Part shown: positions 8,640 to 18,455 of the stretch, piece after piece
How positions within the stretch are numbered: position 1 is the stretch's first letter
Layout of the letters: each line of letters begins with the position of its first letter
Source of the DNA: Candidatus Moraniibacteriota bacterium
Lineage (GTDB): Bacteria; Patescibacteriota; Minisyncoccia; Moranbacterales; UBA9337
NCBI GenBank assembly: GCA_026985555.1
Contig: JALSQF010000003.1
Location: 1-60,604 of the forward strand
Direction: 5' to 3'
DNA: 60,604 nt
Notes under the pieces: model-generated
The model's database searches: none
What the model was told of the DNA's origin: nothing
Seen by the model: only the letters and a program-made list of their open reading frames with translations
Position numbers and translations under genes: made by a program

Positions 8640-9287
8640 TTAAAATAAGCTTTCTTGTTCAGGCGGTTGAGAAGAAAAAGAACTTTGAAGTTTTTGTTTT
8701 TGAATTTCTTTTTTTATAATTTTTAATACTTGAGGAATGCGTTGAAAATCTTTAATTAAAACCTGACGCAAGGATCCATTGTAAAGAGCAGCGGCAGGAT
8801 GATAAAGAGTATAGAAAACCTGTTCTCCTAGTTCTGGTATTGTTCTACGTAGAGCTTTTCCATGGACTTGAGATATTTTTTGTCCCGGAAGAAATTTTTC
8901 CATAGCGTGACGTCCTAGAGTAACAATTAAAAGTGGTTGTATAATTTTAATTTGTTTTTCTAACCAAGGCCAGCAAGCTTGTATTTCTTCAGGAAAAGGA
9001 TCGCGATTATGAGGTGGACGACATTTTACTATATTAGCAATATAAACATCTTTTCTCTTAAGCTGAATAGTTTCTAGCATTTCTTCTAAAAATTTGCCGG
9101 CTGCTCCTACAAAAGGATGGCCAGTTTTATCTTCTTTAGCGCCAGGAGCTTCTCCAATAAACATAATTTGTGTATCAATATTTCCTTCTCCAGGCACTAT
9201 TAAATGACAAGTTTTTTTTAAAGGACATTTTTGACATTGTTTTATTTCTTGAATAAGTTTTTGGTAGGAAGGATTCTTATCAGGCAT
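8640..9287 (-). CDS. udg: Family 4 uracil-DNA glycosylase ([4Fe-4S] type)
   Basis: CQKCPL, FIGEAPG..ED..G.PFVG.AG, NIVKCRPP.NR.P, C..WL, YHPAAAL. Confidence 0.93.
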   Translation of the reverse strand: MPDKNPSYQKLIQEIKQCQKCPLKKTCHLIVPGEGNIDTQIMFIGEAPGAKEDKTGHPFVGAAGKFLEEMLETIQLKRKDVYIANIVKCRPPHNRDPFPEEIQACWPWLEKQIKIIQPLLIVTLGRHAMEKFLPGQKISQVHGKALRRTIPELGEQVFYTLYHPAAALYNGSLRQVLIKDFQRIPQVLKIIKKEIQKQKLQSSFSSQPPEQESLF

Positions 9288-9326
9288 AATTGTAATATTA
9301 TAAAACTTAGAATGATTGTTTTTTAA

Positions 9327-9842
9327 TTAGAGTGAGTTGATTTTAACTAATTGAAAATTGTTATTTTCAGTGTTCCAGAGAGCAAAAGAAGGGGGATAGA
9401 TTTGATTAGCTACGTTGCCAGGGTTAAGTAAAATACAATTATCTTTTTTTTCTTGCCAGGGTTTATGAGTATGTCCATAAAAAACAAAATCATATTTTTT
9501 TGATAAGCAGAGACTTTGTGCTTTTTGAGGAAAATGAGTAAAAGCTATTTTTTGATTATCAAGACTGATTTTTCCTTGTTTCAAAAAAATAGAAGTTTGT
9601 TTATATAAAATAGGTTCTTTCTGGAAAGAAATAAATTTTTCTTTAAAGTAATCTTTATCCATATTGCCAAAAACAAAATATATCTTTCCAAAAAAATTAT
9701 CATTAAGATAGTCCAGTGTTTCTAAGGAAGCTAAATCTCCACAACAAATAATTTCTTTAATTTTATTTTTTTTACAATAATTTAAAACCTTATCTAAATT
9801 AGCAAGGTTATCATGAACATCAGAAATAATAGCAATAAACAT
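9327..9842 (-). CDS. YfcE-like metallophosphoesterase
   Basis: SDVHDN, CGDL, FGNMD, FTH, YGHTH, LNPG. Confidence 0.9.
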   Translation of the reverse strand: MFIAIISDVHDNLANLDKVLNYCKKNKIKEIICCGDLASLETLDYLNDNFFGKIYFVFGNMDKDYFKEKFISFQKEPILYKQTSIFLKQGKISLDNQKIAFTHFPQKAQSLCLSKKYDFVFYGHTHKPWQEKKDNCILLNPGNVANQIYPPSFALWNTENNNFQLVKINSL

Positions 9843-9935
9843 AATTTTATTTTTTAATTATTTATTTAAATATAATCTTTTTATTTGCCAAAATCAAGTA
9901 AAAAAGGTATAATTAAAGCGAAGAAAATAAAAACT

Positions 9936-11156
9936 ATGCAATATATTTATACAGCTGTTAATTCTAAAGGTGAAAGCAAGGGCGGAAAAATAGAAGCAGA
10001 AAGTGAAAAAGAAGTAGCAGAGCAATTAAAAGCTAAAGGTTATTTAATAACCTCTATAAAAGCTTTAGAAGATAAAAAACAAAATAAATCATCTTTAGAT
10101 TTATCTCATTTTTTTTCTTCGGTTTCTCTTAAAGATAAAATGATGTTTGCTAAAAATCTAAGTGTTATGCTTGGATCGGGTTTAATTTTATCACGTTCTT
10201 TGCAAAATTTGATTAAGCAAACCAAGAATAAAACTTTTCGTGATATATTACAGAAAATTTATGATGATGTTGAAGGAGGACGAAGCTTAAGTGAAAGTTT
10301 AGCTGCTTATCCTAATGTTTTTAATAATTTATTTGTAAGTATGGTTAGAGTAGGAGAAATCGGTGGAAATCTAGAGGAGACGTTAGGAATAGTAGCGCTT
10401 TATTTAGAAAAAGATTATAAGTTAAAGAAAAAGATAAAGGGCGCAATGTTGTATCCTATGGTGGTTATTGTGGCAATGATTGGTATAACTGTTTTGATGT
10501 TGACTTTTATTTTACCTAAAATTCTTTCAGTTTTTGAAGGAATGGATGTGGAGCTTCCAAAAACAACACAATTTATAGTACATATGAGTGATTTATTGCG
10601 TAGTCATAGTGTTTTGGTTACAATAGGGGGAATAATTTTAGTAATTGGAGGTAAATTATTTTTAAAAACCAAAACAGGTAAAAAATGGTTAAGTTTTGCT
10701 TTAATTAATATTCCCGCAGTAAGCAATATGACAAAAAAATCTAATAGTGCGCGTTTTACTAGAACTTATAGTTCACTTTTACATAGCGGTGTTTCAGCTA
10801 TAGATTCTTTGCAAATAACAGCTGAAACGTTAGATAATTACTACTATAGAGAAGCCTTACTATATGCTGTAAAAGAGATACAAAAAGGAGTTAGTTTAAG
10901 TGATATTATTAAACGTTATCCCAAAATATTTCCTGTTTTAGTTAGTCAGATTATAGAAGTGGGAGAGGAAACAGGTAAAACGGATGCAATGTTGTTAAAA
11001 TTAGCCGAATTTTATGAAGAAGAAGTGGATCAAATTACTAAAAATATTTCTTCTATTATAGAACCAGTATTAATTTTGTTGATAGGTGGGATGGTAGGTT
11101 TTTTTGCTATAGCTATGTTGCAACCGATGTATAGTGTAATGGAAAATATAAAATAA
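9936..11156 (+). CDS. pilC: Type IV pilus / T2SS inner-membrane platform protein (GspF/PilC family)
   Basis: Two GspF repeats (FAKNLSVMLGSG, VGEIGGNLEE, YP..V, VGEETG..D.ML.KLAEFYEEEVD, IEPVLI); ATG at 9936 preferred over the TTG at 9885. Confidence 0.92.
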   Translation: MQYIYTAVNSKGESKGGKIEAESEKEVAEQLKAKGYLITSIKALEDKKQNKSSLDLSHFFSSVSLKDKMMFAKNLSVMLGSGLILSRSLQNLIKQTKNKTFRDILQKIYDDVEGGRSLSESLAAYPNVFNNLFVSMVRVGEIGGNLEETLGIVALYLEKDYKLKKKIKGAMLYPMVVIVAMIGITVLMLTFILPKILSVFEGMDVELPKTTQFIVHMSDLLRSHSVLVTIGGIILVIGGKLFLKTKTGKKWLSFALINIPAVSNMTKKSNSARFTRTYSSLLHSGVSAIDSLQITAETLDNYYYREALLYAVKEIQKGVSLSDIIKRYPKIFPVLVSQIIEVGEETGKTDAMLLKLAEFYEEEVDQITKNISSIIEPVLILLIGGMVGFFAIAMLQPMYSVMENIK

Positions 11157-11219
11157 AAAATGTTTTTTACTTTATAGTTTTTAGATAATAAATTAAGATT
11201 AAGAAATAAGACACAAAGA

Positions 11220-11248
11220 TTGACTTTTTTTAAAATATAAGTTATAAT
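11220..11248 (+). promoter_or_regulatory. Sigma70-type promoter of the CAP-domain gene
   Basis: TTGACT (11220-25), 17 nt, TATAAT (11243-48). Confidence 0.75.
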
Positions 11249-11331
11249 AGAAGTAAGAAAAAATATGATAAAAGGGTGTTCTCAAGGGTGAGGCGCTTTT
11301 TTTGTTATATTTATTTTATTTAAAACAAAAA

Positions 11332-12177
11332 ATGAAAATAAAAACAAGAAAAAAATTAATACTAGTAATGCGAATAATTTTAATGATAGTGATAGTTAAC
11401 GGATTTGTTTTAATAAATTCGGTTAAGGCTCTAATGTTGCAAAGTCATAATGTTATTATGTTAGTTAATAGCGCACGTGAAGCTAATAAACTCAATACAT
11501 TAAAGGAAAGTTATATTTTAGATAAAGCAGCTGAGGATAAATTAAATGATATGATAAAGAATAATTATTTTGCACATACATCTCCTCAAGGAGTAACACC
11601 TTGGCATTGGTTTAAAATAAATAACTATGATTATGAATATGCGGGAGAAAATTTAGCTATTGGTTTTTATGATGCTGTAGATCAGCATAATGCTTGGATG
11701 AATAGTTCTAAACATAGAAAAAATATCCTTAATCCACATTATAATGAAATAGGTGTAGCTATTAAAAAAGGAATAATTAATAATCAAAAAGTTATTATCA
11801 CAGTGCAATTATTTGGTAAAAGTAATCAGAAAAAAAATTTAGTTTTAAATCATAATGAAAAAGAATTTTCTCAACAAAATAAAATTAATTTATTAGGAAA
11901 GAATATTAAGGAAGTGGCGGGTATTAATATTATAAAGAACAAATCAATTAGTTTAAATAATTTTCAAGGTTTAAAGCAGAAGATTTTTCCAAATAAAATA
12001 AATCAGGAAAAGATTAAAGATGTTTTTGTTTATTTACAAAATAATCAAGAACAACAGAAAAAGAATGTAGCCTATATTTTATTAGTTTATCTGAATTTAT
12101 ATATAGGATTATTTTTAGTAGTAATAGTAAGAGAAATAGATGTTTGGTTAATGAGTTCTTTAAAAATTAAAAATTAA
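11332..12177 (+). CDS. CAP/SCP domain protein, membrane anchored at both ends
   Basis: LDKAAEDKLNDMIKNNYFAHTSP, YAGENLA, AWMNSSKHRKNILNPHYNEIGVA; hydrophobic N- and C-terminal segments. Confidence 0.88.
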   Translation: MKIKTRKKLILVMRIILMIVIVNGFVLINSVKALMLQSHNVIMLVNSAREANKLNTLKESYILDKAAEDKLNDMIKNNYFAHTSPQGVTPWHWFKINNYDYEYAGENLAIGFYDAVDQHNAWMNSSKHRKNILNPHYNEIGVAIKKGIINNQKVIITVQLFGKSNQKKNLVLNHNEKEFSQQNKINLLGKNIKEVAGINIIKNKSISLNNFQGLKQKIFPNKINQEKIKDVFVYLQNNQEQQKKNVAYILLVYLNLYIGLFLVVIVREIDVWLMSSLKIKN

Positions 12178-12315
12178 AATAAACATTTTGAAAAATTGTT
12201 TATTTTAATATTTTGTATGATTTTATGTTATACAATATATATATATTCTAAATTTTAATTTAGATTTTCTAAGGTTATGTCCTATCCTTAGGCTTTTTAA
12301 AAAGCATTGTTGCAC

Positions 12316-12347
12316 AAAAAACTTACCTTTCAAAAGGTAAGTTTTTT
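12316..12347. terminator. Inverted repeat, probable intrinsic terminator after the CAP gene
   Basis: aaaaaacttaccttt-ca-aaaggtaagtttttt. Confidence 0.55.
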
Positions 12348-12348
12348 A

Positions 12349-12377
12349 TTGACAGTTAAAAGAAGGAAGAGTAAATT
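12349..12377 (+). promoter_or_regulatory. Probable sigma70 promoter of manC-glyA-pyrH
   Basis: TTGACA, 17 nt, TAAATT. Confidence 0.5.
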
Positions 12378-12401
12378 AAAATCAGATTAAATATATTTTT
12401 T

Positions 12402-13787
12402 ATGAATAAATATAGCATTATACTTTGTGGTGGTTCAGGTAAAAGACTTTGGCCATTATCGCGAGAAAATTATTCCAAGCAATTTTTAAAATTGTATGGA
12501 GAGAATTCATTACTTCAAGAAACATTTTTAAGAATCCAAAAGATAATGCCGACAGAGAATATTTTTTTAATTACCACAGAAAACAATTATTTTAATGTAT
12601 TTAATCAAATTAAAGAAATAGAAAGTAGTTTTAATGAAAAACAAATAGTTATTGAACCACAAGCGCAAAACACAGCTCCTGCTGTAGCGTTAGCTATTCA
12701 ATATATGCTAGAAAAAGCTAATATTGATGTATCTGATCCAATTTTAATTTCTCCCGCAGATCATTATATAAAAGATATTAATGGTTATATAAATACTATT
12801 AATAGTGTTTTAGAAGAGGTAGGTAACAATTTAGGGACCATAGGAATTAAGCCTACGAAACCACACACAGGATTTGGTTATATTAAAAAAGGAGAGGATA
12901 TGGGTTTTTATTTTCAAGTAGCGGAATTTAAAGAAAAACCTGATAAGAGAACAGCTCAAAAATATTTAAAATCAGGTCAATATTTATGGAATTCAGGAGT
13001 TTATTTATTTAATACTCAAACTTTTCAAAAAGAAATTAATCTATATGCTCAAGAAATAGGAGAAATTATTCAAAAAGGGCATAAGTATGCGCGAGATAAT
13101 TATTCAAAAATGCCTCGTATTTCTATAGACTATGCTTTATCGGAAAAATCTAAAAAAATGGTTGTTTTTGAAGGAGATTTTGGTTGGAGCGATATAGGTG
13201 CTTACGATAATTTAGCGGAAATTATTTCTTTAGAAAAAAATCAATTATCTCGTCAAATTAACATAGATTCAGAAAATGTTTTTGCTTATTCAGAAAGCGG
13301 AAAACTAATTGCTACTATTGGAATAAAAGATATTAATATTATAGAAAGTGCTGATAGTATTTTAATTCAAAAAAAAGGAACGGGTGAGCAGACAAAAGAA
13401 TTGGTTAAAAAATTGAAAAAAGGAGGTTATAAAGAAGTAGAGCATAATATTTTTTCTCATCGTCCTTGGGGAATGTATCAAATATTAATAGATGTTCCTG
13501 GTTATAAAGTAAAAAAAATAGTTGTTTATCCTGGCAATATTTTAAGTTTGCAATCACATTTTCATAGAGCAGAGCATTGGATTGTTACACGAGGGGTAGC
13601 TAAGGTTACTCGTGGCGAAGAAGAAATTATTTTAAAAGAAAATGAAAGTATTTTTATACCATCTTTAACGCAACATCGTATAGAAAATCCAGGCAAAATA
13701 GATTTAGAGATAATTGAAGTTCAAACAGGAAGTTATTTAGGAGAAGATGATATTGTTCGTATTAAGGATAAATATAACAGAAATTAA
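12402..13787 (+). CDS. manC: Mannose-1-phosphate guanylyltransferase / mannose-6-phosphate isomerase
   Basis: LCGGSGKRLWPLSR...KQFL, EP...NTAPA, FKEKP, WNSG, WSDIG; C-terminal cupin RPWG...LSLQSHFHRAEHW. Confidence 0.95.
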   Translation: MNKYSIILCGGSGKRLWPLSRENYSKQFLKLYGENSLLQETFLRIQKIMPTENIFLITTENNYFNVFNQIKEIESSFNEKQIVIEPQAQNTAPAVALAIQYMLEKANIDVSDPILISPADHYIKDINGYINTINSVLEEVGNNLGTIGIKPTKPHTGFGYIKKGEDMGFYFQVAEFKEKPDKRTAQKYLKSGQYLWNSGVYLFNTQTFQKEINLYAQEIGEIIQKGHKYARDNYSKMPRISIDYALSEKSKKMVVFEGDFGWSDIGAYDNLAEIISLEKNQLSRQINIDSENVFAYSESGKLIATIGIKDINIIESADSILIQKKGTGEQTKELVKKLKKGGYKEVEHNIFSHRPWGMYQILIDVPGYKVKKIVVYPGNILSLQSHFHRAEHWIVTRGVAKVTRGEEEIILKENESIFIPSLTQHRIENPGKIDLEIIEVQTGSYLGEDDIVRIKDKYNRN

Positions 13788-13815
13788 TTAGATATATAAA
13801 ATTATAATTAAAAAA

Positions 13816-15054
13816 ATGAAAAAAACTTTAAAACAAACAGATTTAAAAATTTATCAAGCACTGCAAGGAGAAATTAAAAGACAAAAGGAGGGATTAGAAT
13901 TAATTGCTTCTGAAAATTATGTGTCTAAAGCAGTATTAGAAGTATTAGGAAGTGTTTTTACTAATAAATATTCCGAAGGTTATCCTGGAAGACGTTATTA
14001 TGGAGGACAAGAATTTACTGATAAGATAGAAAAATTAGCTATAAAAAGAGCTAAGAAACTTTTTCAAGCTCAATATGTTAATGTACAGCCCCTCTCTGGA
14101 GCACCAGCTAATATGATTGCTTATAGCGCAGTTTTAGAGCCAGGAGATAAGATTTTAGGAATGGATTTATCTCATGGAGGACATTTAACCCATGGACATC
14201 CAGCTACATTAGCATCAAAGATTTATAATTTTATTAGCTATAAAACAGAAGAAAATGGAGAAATAAACTATGATAAATTAGAAAAACTAGCTCTAAAAGA
14301 AAAACCAAAATTAATGTTAGCAGGTTTTTCATCCTATACTCGTCAAATAAAATATCGTCGTTTTACTCAAATCGCTAAAAAAATTAAAGCAATTTCTATG
14401 ATTGATATTGCTCATATTGCTGGGTTGATAGCTGGAAAAGCAGTATCTAATCCAGTGCCTTATTTTGATATTGTTACTACGACTACTCATAAAACCTTAC
14501 GAGGACCAAGGGGAGGAATGATTTTAGCTAAAAAAAGATTTGCTCAAGCTATAGATAAAGCTACTTTTCCTGGATTTCAAGGTGGTCCACATATGAATAA
14601 TATTGCAGCAAAAGCTGTGGCTTTTCAAGAAGCTCTTTCTCCTTCTTTTCGTAAGTATACTCAACAAATTCTAAAAAATGCTAAGACATTAGAACAGGAA
14701 TTGAAAAGAAAGGGATTTAAAATAATTTTTCAAAAAACAGAAAATCATATGTTGTTAGTGGATGTGTATAATAGTAAAAAGATAACAGGAAAACAAGCTG
14801 AAGATACATTAGATAAAATTGGTATTACTGTGAATAAAAATATTATTCCTAATGATTTGCGTTCTTCTTTGGATCCGAGTGGTATTCGTTTAGGTGTGCC
14901 AGCAATTACTACAAGAGGAATGCGAGAAAAAGAAGTTAAAAAAATTGCTAATTGGATAAATATAGCTTTGGAAAATTATAAAGATAAGGAAAAATTAAAT
15001 AGTTTAAAAAAAGAAGTAATAAAGTTGTGTCGCAAGTTTCCTTTACCTAGTTAA
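13816..15054 (+). CDS. glyA: Serine hydroxymethyltransferase
   Basis: LIASENY, NKYSEGYPGRRYYGG, HGGHLTHG, TTTTHKTLRGPRGG (PLP Lys). Confidence 0.98.
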   Translation: MKKTLKQTDLKIYQALQGEIKRQKEGLELIASENYVSKAVLEVLGSVFTNKYSEGYPGRRYYGGQEFTDKIEKLAIKRAKKLFQAQYVNVQPLSGAPANMIAYSAVLEPGDKILGMDLSHGGHLTHGHPATLASKIYNFISYKTEENGEINYDKLEKLALKEKPKLMLAGFSSYTRQIKYRRFTQIAKKIKAISMIDIAHIAGLIAGKAVSNPVPYFDIVTTTTHKTLRGPRGGMILAKKRFAQAIDKATFPGFQGGPHMNNIAAKAVAFQEALSPSFRKYTQQILKNAKTLEQELKRKGFKIIFQKTENHMLLVDVYNSKKITGKQAEDTLDKIGITVNKNIIPNDLRSSLDPSGIRLGVPAITTRGMREKEVKKIANWINIALENYKDKEKLNSLKKEVIKLCRKFPLPS

Positions 15055-15065
15055 TTTTATGAATT

Positions 15066-15782
15066 ATGAATAAAGAATTAATTGCTAAAAACTTAACTAT
15101 AATTTCCCTAGGAGGATCTTTAATTGTTCCTGATAAAATTGATGTTAATTTTATTAAAAAGTTTAAAAAAATTATTGAAAAAGAAATTAAGCGAGGTAAA
15201 TATTTTGTTATTATTACAGGAGGAGGAAAAATATCTCGTCGTTATGTAGATGCAGCTAACCAAATAATTTCCATTGATAATGAAGAGAAGGATTGGTTAG
15301 GTATTCATGCTACCAGAATGAATGCTCACTTTATTAAAACTATTTTTAAAAAATGGGCACATCCTCGTATTAATAAAAATCCTCGCACTAAAATAGATCT
15401 ATGGAAACATTTTTCTCGTGGGGAAAATATTATGGTGGCTGCTGGATGGAGACCTGGATGGTCTACTGATTATGTGGCTGTAATTTTAGCTCAACGTTTT
15501 CAGGCTAAAAAACTAGTTAATCTATCTAATATTGATTATGTTTATGATAAGGATCCTAAAAAATTTTCTGATGCGCAAAAAATAAGAAAGATAAGTTGGC
15601 AAAAATTTCGTAAAATAGTAGGTGATAAATGGGATCCGGGTATGAATTTACCTTTTGATCCGATTGCGGCTAAATTAGCGCAAAAAAATAAAATGGAGGT
15701 AGCTATTATAGGTGGTCAAAATTTAAAAAATTTGCAAAATTATTTTCAAGGAAAAAAGTTTAAAGGAAGTGTTGTTTGTTAA
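15066..15782 (+). CDS. pyrH: UMP kinase, archaeal-type subfamily
   Basis: ISLGGSLI, TGGGK.SR.Y, DWLGI.ATRMNA, GW.PGWSTDYVA, NIDYVYDKDPKK, PFDPIAAK. Confidence 0.9.
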   Translation: MNKELIAKNLTIISLGGSLIVPDKIDVNFIKKFKKIIEKEIKRGKYFVIITGGGKISRRYVDAANQIISIDNEEKDWLGIHATRMNAHFIKTIFKKWAHPRINKNPRTKIDLWKHFSRGENIMVAAGWRPGWSTDYVAVILAQRFQAKKLVNLSNIDYVYDKDPKKFSDAQKIRKISWQKFRKIVGDKWDPGMNLPFDPIAAKLAQKNKMEVAIIGGQNLKNLQNYFQGKKFKGSVVC

Positions 15783-15882
15783 AAATTGGTTTATTTTAGG
15801 TTGTATTTTTTGAAAAAGTTATATTTCATATATGATTAAATAAAATTATTTTTATAATGAAAAAATAAAAAACAAAACTAAA

Positions 15883-18342
15883 ATGAAACAAAATTTAGAA
15901 GGAGGACTTACAAGCAAAGAAGTTAAAAAGCTTCAACGAAAATATGGTAAAAATGAAATAAAGGAAAAAAAATATTCTGCTTGGCTATCTTTTTTGAAAA
16001 AATTTATTAACCCCATTCCTTTAATGATAGAGATAGCCTTATTGCTTTCCGTTATTTCTTCGCGTTGGGAAGATTTTTATATTATAGCTGTATTATTAGC
16101 AGTAAATATTGGTATTGAATTTATTCAAGAACAAAAAGCTAATAAAGCCTTACAATCTTTAAAAAAAACACTGGCTCCAGTAGCGGTGGTAATTAGAGAT
16201 GGAATGACTAAGGTTATTAATGCTAAAGAGTTGGTACCAGGTGATTTAGTCAAAATTTCTATTGGTGATGTAGTTCCTGCTGATATGGTTATAATAAAAG
16301 AAACTTATTTATTGGTTAATCAAGCTACTATTACTGGGGAATCGTTACCAGTAGAAAAAAATAAAAATGATTTACTTTACGCTAGTACAATAGTGCAAAA
16401 AGGAGTAGCTTATGCGCGGGTAACAGCTATAGGAAAAAATACTTTTATAGGTAAGAGTGCTACTTTAGTGGAAAAAGCCAGTCAAGAAAAAGAAAGTCAT
16501 TTTCAAAAAGCTATTTTTGGCATAGGAAAATTTTTGATTATTTTTTCTATTATTTTAATAGTAATTGTTTTTGTAGACTTAATTTTAAGAGGAGATTCGC
16601 TTATAGAAACTATAAGATTTTCTTTAGTTTTAGCTATTGCTTCTATTCCAGTGGCCTTGCCAACAGTTTTGTCTGTCACTATGGCTATTGGCGCTAATGA
16701 ATTAGCCAGGAATAAAAGTATTGTTTCTAACTTTAAAGCTATAGAAGAAATGGCGGGAGTAGATGAACTATGTGTAGATAAAACAGGAACACTTACTAAA
16801 AATAAGATAGAAGTTGAAAATCCTAAGGTATTTTATGAGTATCAAGAGGTTATTTTATTTAAATATGCACTTTTATTAAGTAACAGAGAGCATACTTCTC
16901 CTATAGAAAAAGCTATTTATAAATATGCTAAAGAAAACAATTTTTTAATAAAAGAAAATGATTATCAAATAAAAAAATTTGTTCCTTTTGATCCTGTTCG
17001 TAAGATGACAGAAAGTATTGTTAAAGAAAAAAAACAAACAATTAAAATTGCCATGGGAGCTCCGCAGGTTATGGAGAGAATGATTACTAATGAAAAAGAT
17101 AGGCGAGAAATTATAAAGTCTGTAGAAGATTATGCACAAAAAGGATTAAGAGTAGTAGTTGTTGTTAAAAAGGAAATTAAAAGGTATGTTCCAGTAGGAA
17201 TTATTCCCTTCATTGATCCGCCTAGAAAAGATTCTAAAGTAGTTATTCAAGAGATTAAAAAAAGAGGAATTGAAGTTAAAATGCTAACCGGTGATCATAT
17301 CGCTATAGCGATGTATATTGCTAAAATAGTTGGTTTGACGGGAAAAATTATGGAAAAAACTGATTTAAATAAGGCCTGGAGAAAAATTAAAAAGAAAAAT
17401 GTTACTGAAAAGATTAAGGAAACAAATATTTTTGCCGAAGTTACTCCTGAAGATAAATATCAAATAGTAGGAGCTTTACAAAAAAGAAATTGTATTGTTT
17501 CTATGACTGGCGATGGTGTTAATGATTCTCCAGCCTTAAAGAAAGCTGATATAGGTATTGCTGTTTCTGGATCTTCTCCAGCGGCTTATTATGCAGCTGA
17601 TTTAGTTCTTTTAAATAATGGTTTGTCGGTTATTAAAAAAGCTATAGATTTATCACGAATGACTTTTTCTAGGATGGAATCTTATGCTACTTTTCGTATT
17701 TCAGAAACAATGAGAATTGTTCTTTTTGTTTTTCTCTCCGTACTAATTTTTAACTATACTCCTATAAGTGCAGTAATGATTATATTGCTAGCCTTACTTA
17801 ATGATATTCCTGTGATGGCAATTGCTTATGATAATGCCCCTATAGATAAAAAACCAGTGCGTTGGCACTTGAAAGAAACCATTATTATTTCTTTTATTTT
17901 AGGAACGGCCGGGCTTATCTCTTCTTTTGGCTTGTTTTATTGGCTTAATCTAGAAGGATATTCTAAAGAGATTATTCAGACTATATTATTTTTGAAATTA
18001 GATGTGGCTGGTCATTCCACTTTATATTTGACAAGAACAGGCAGAAATCATTTTTGGAAAAGACCCTATCCTTCTTTGAAATTTTTCCTTCCAGCTTTTT
18101 TATCTCGTATAATAGGAACAATTATTGCTTTGATGGGAATATTTATGCAAGCTATTAGTTGGAAAATGGTTATTTATATTTGGATATATGTTACTTTATG
18201 GTTTTTCTTTAATGATCAGATCAAAGTTATTGGCTATAGATGGTTAGATAAATATAAAGTTCATCTTGATGCTAAAAAAAATAAAAAAGCTAAATATTAT
18301 AGATTTTTTAAGATTAAAAAATTTAAAGCTAAGTTTCTATAA
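15883..18342 (+). CDS. P3A-type plasma-membrane proton-exporting P-type ATPase
   Basis: TGES, IPVALP (M4), DKTGTLT, DPPR, MLTGD, TGDGVNDSPALKKADIG, ALLND (M6 Asp). Confidence 0.9.
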   Translation: MKQNLEGGLTSKEVKKLQRKYGKNEIKEKKYSAWLSFLKKFINPIPLMIEIALLLSVISSRWEDFYIIAVLLAVNIGIEFIQEQKANKALQSLKKTLAPVAVVIRDGMTKVINAKELVPGDLVKISIGDVVPADMVIIKETYLLVNQATITGESLPVEKNKNDLLYASTIVQKGVAYARVTAIGKNTFIGKSATLVEKASQEKESHFQKAIFGIGKFLIIFSIILIVIVFVDLILRGDSLIETIRFSLVLAIASIPVALPTVLSVTMAIGANELARNKSIVSNFKAIEEMAGVDELCVDKTGTLTKNKIEVENPKVFYEYQEVILFKYALLLSNREHTSPIEKAIYKYAKENNFLIKENDYQIKKFVPFDPVRKMTESIVKEKKQTIKIAMGAPQVMERMITNEKDRREIIKSVEDYAQKGLRVVVVVKKEIKRYVPVGIIPFIDPPRKDSKVVIQEIKKRGIEVKMLTGDHIAIAMYIAKIVGLTGKIMEKTDLNKAWRKIKKKNVTEKIKETNIFAEVTPEDKYQIVGALQKRNCIVSMTGDGVNDSPALKKADIGIAVSGSSPAAYYAADLVLLNNGLSVIKKAIDLSRMTFSRMESYATFRISETMRIVLFVFLSVLIFNYTPISAVMIILLALLNDIPVMAIAYDNAPIDKKPVRWHLKETIIISFILGTAGLISSFGLFYWLNLEGYSKEIIQTILFLKLDVAGHSTLYLTRTGRNHFWKRPYPSLKFFLPAFLSRIIGTIIALMGIFMQAISWKMVIYIWIYVTLWFFFNDQIKVIGYRWLDKYKVHLDAKKNKKAKYYRFFKIKKFKAKFL

Positions 18343-18405
18343 ATCTGAAAGTTGAATTTTAAAAAATATTAACAATATTAATATTAACAATATTAATGAT
18401 TAGAA

Positions 18406-18434
18406 TTTACTTGAATTGTTTTTTGTGTTATAAT
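18406..18434 (+). promoter_or_regulatory. Sigma70 promoter with extended -10, for the DUF2339 gene pair
   Basis: TTTACT, 17 nt, TG-n-TATAAT; preceded by a 15-bp tandem repeat (aatattaacaatatt x2, 18365-18394). Confidence 0.6.
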
Positions 18435-18455
18435 AAATAAAAATATACTTATATT

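Noticed and set aside
11250-11331. Known riboswitch in the CAP gene leader
   Set aside because: It lacks the conserved cores of the riboswitch classes I can recognise; kept only as an unexplained hairpin.
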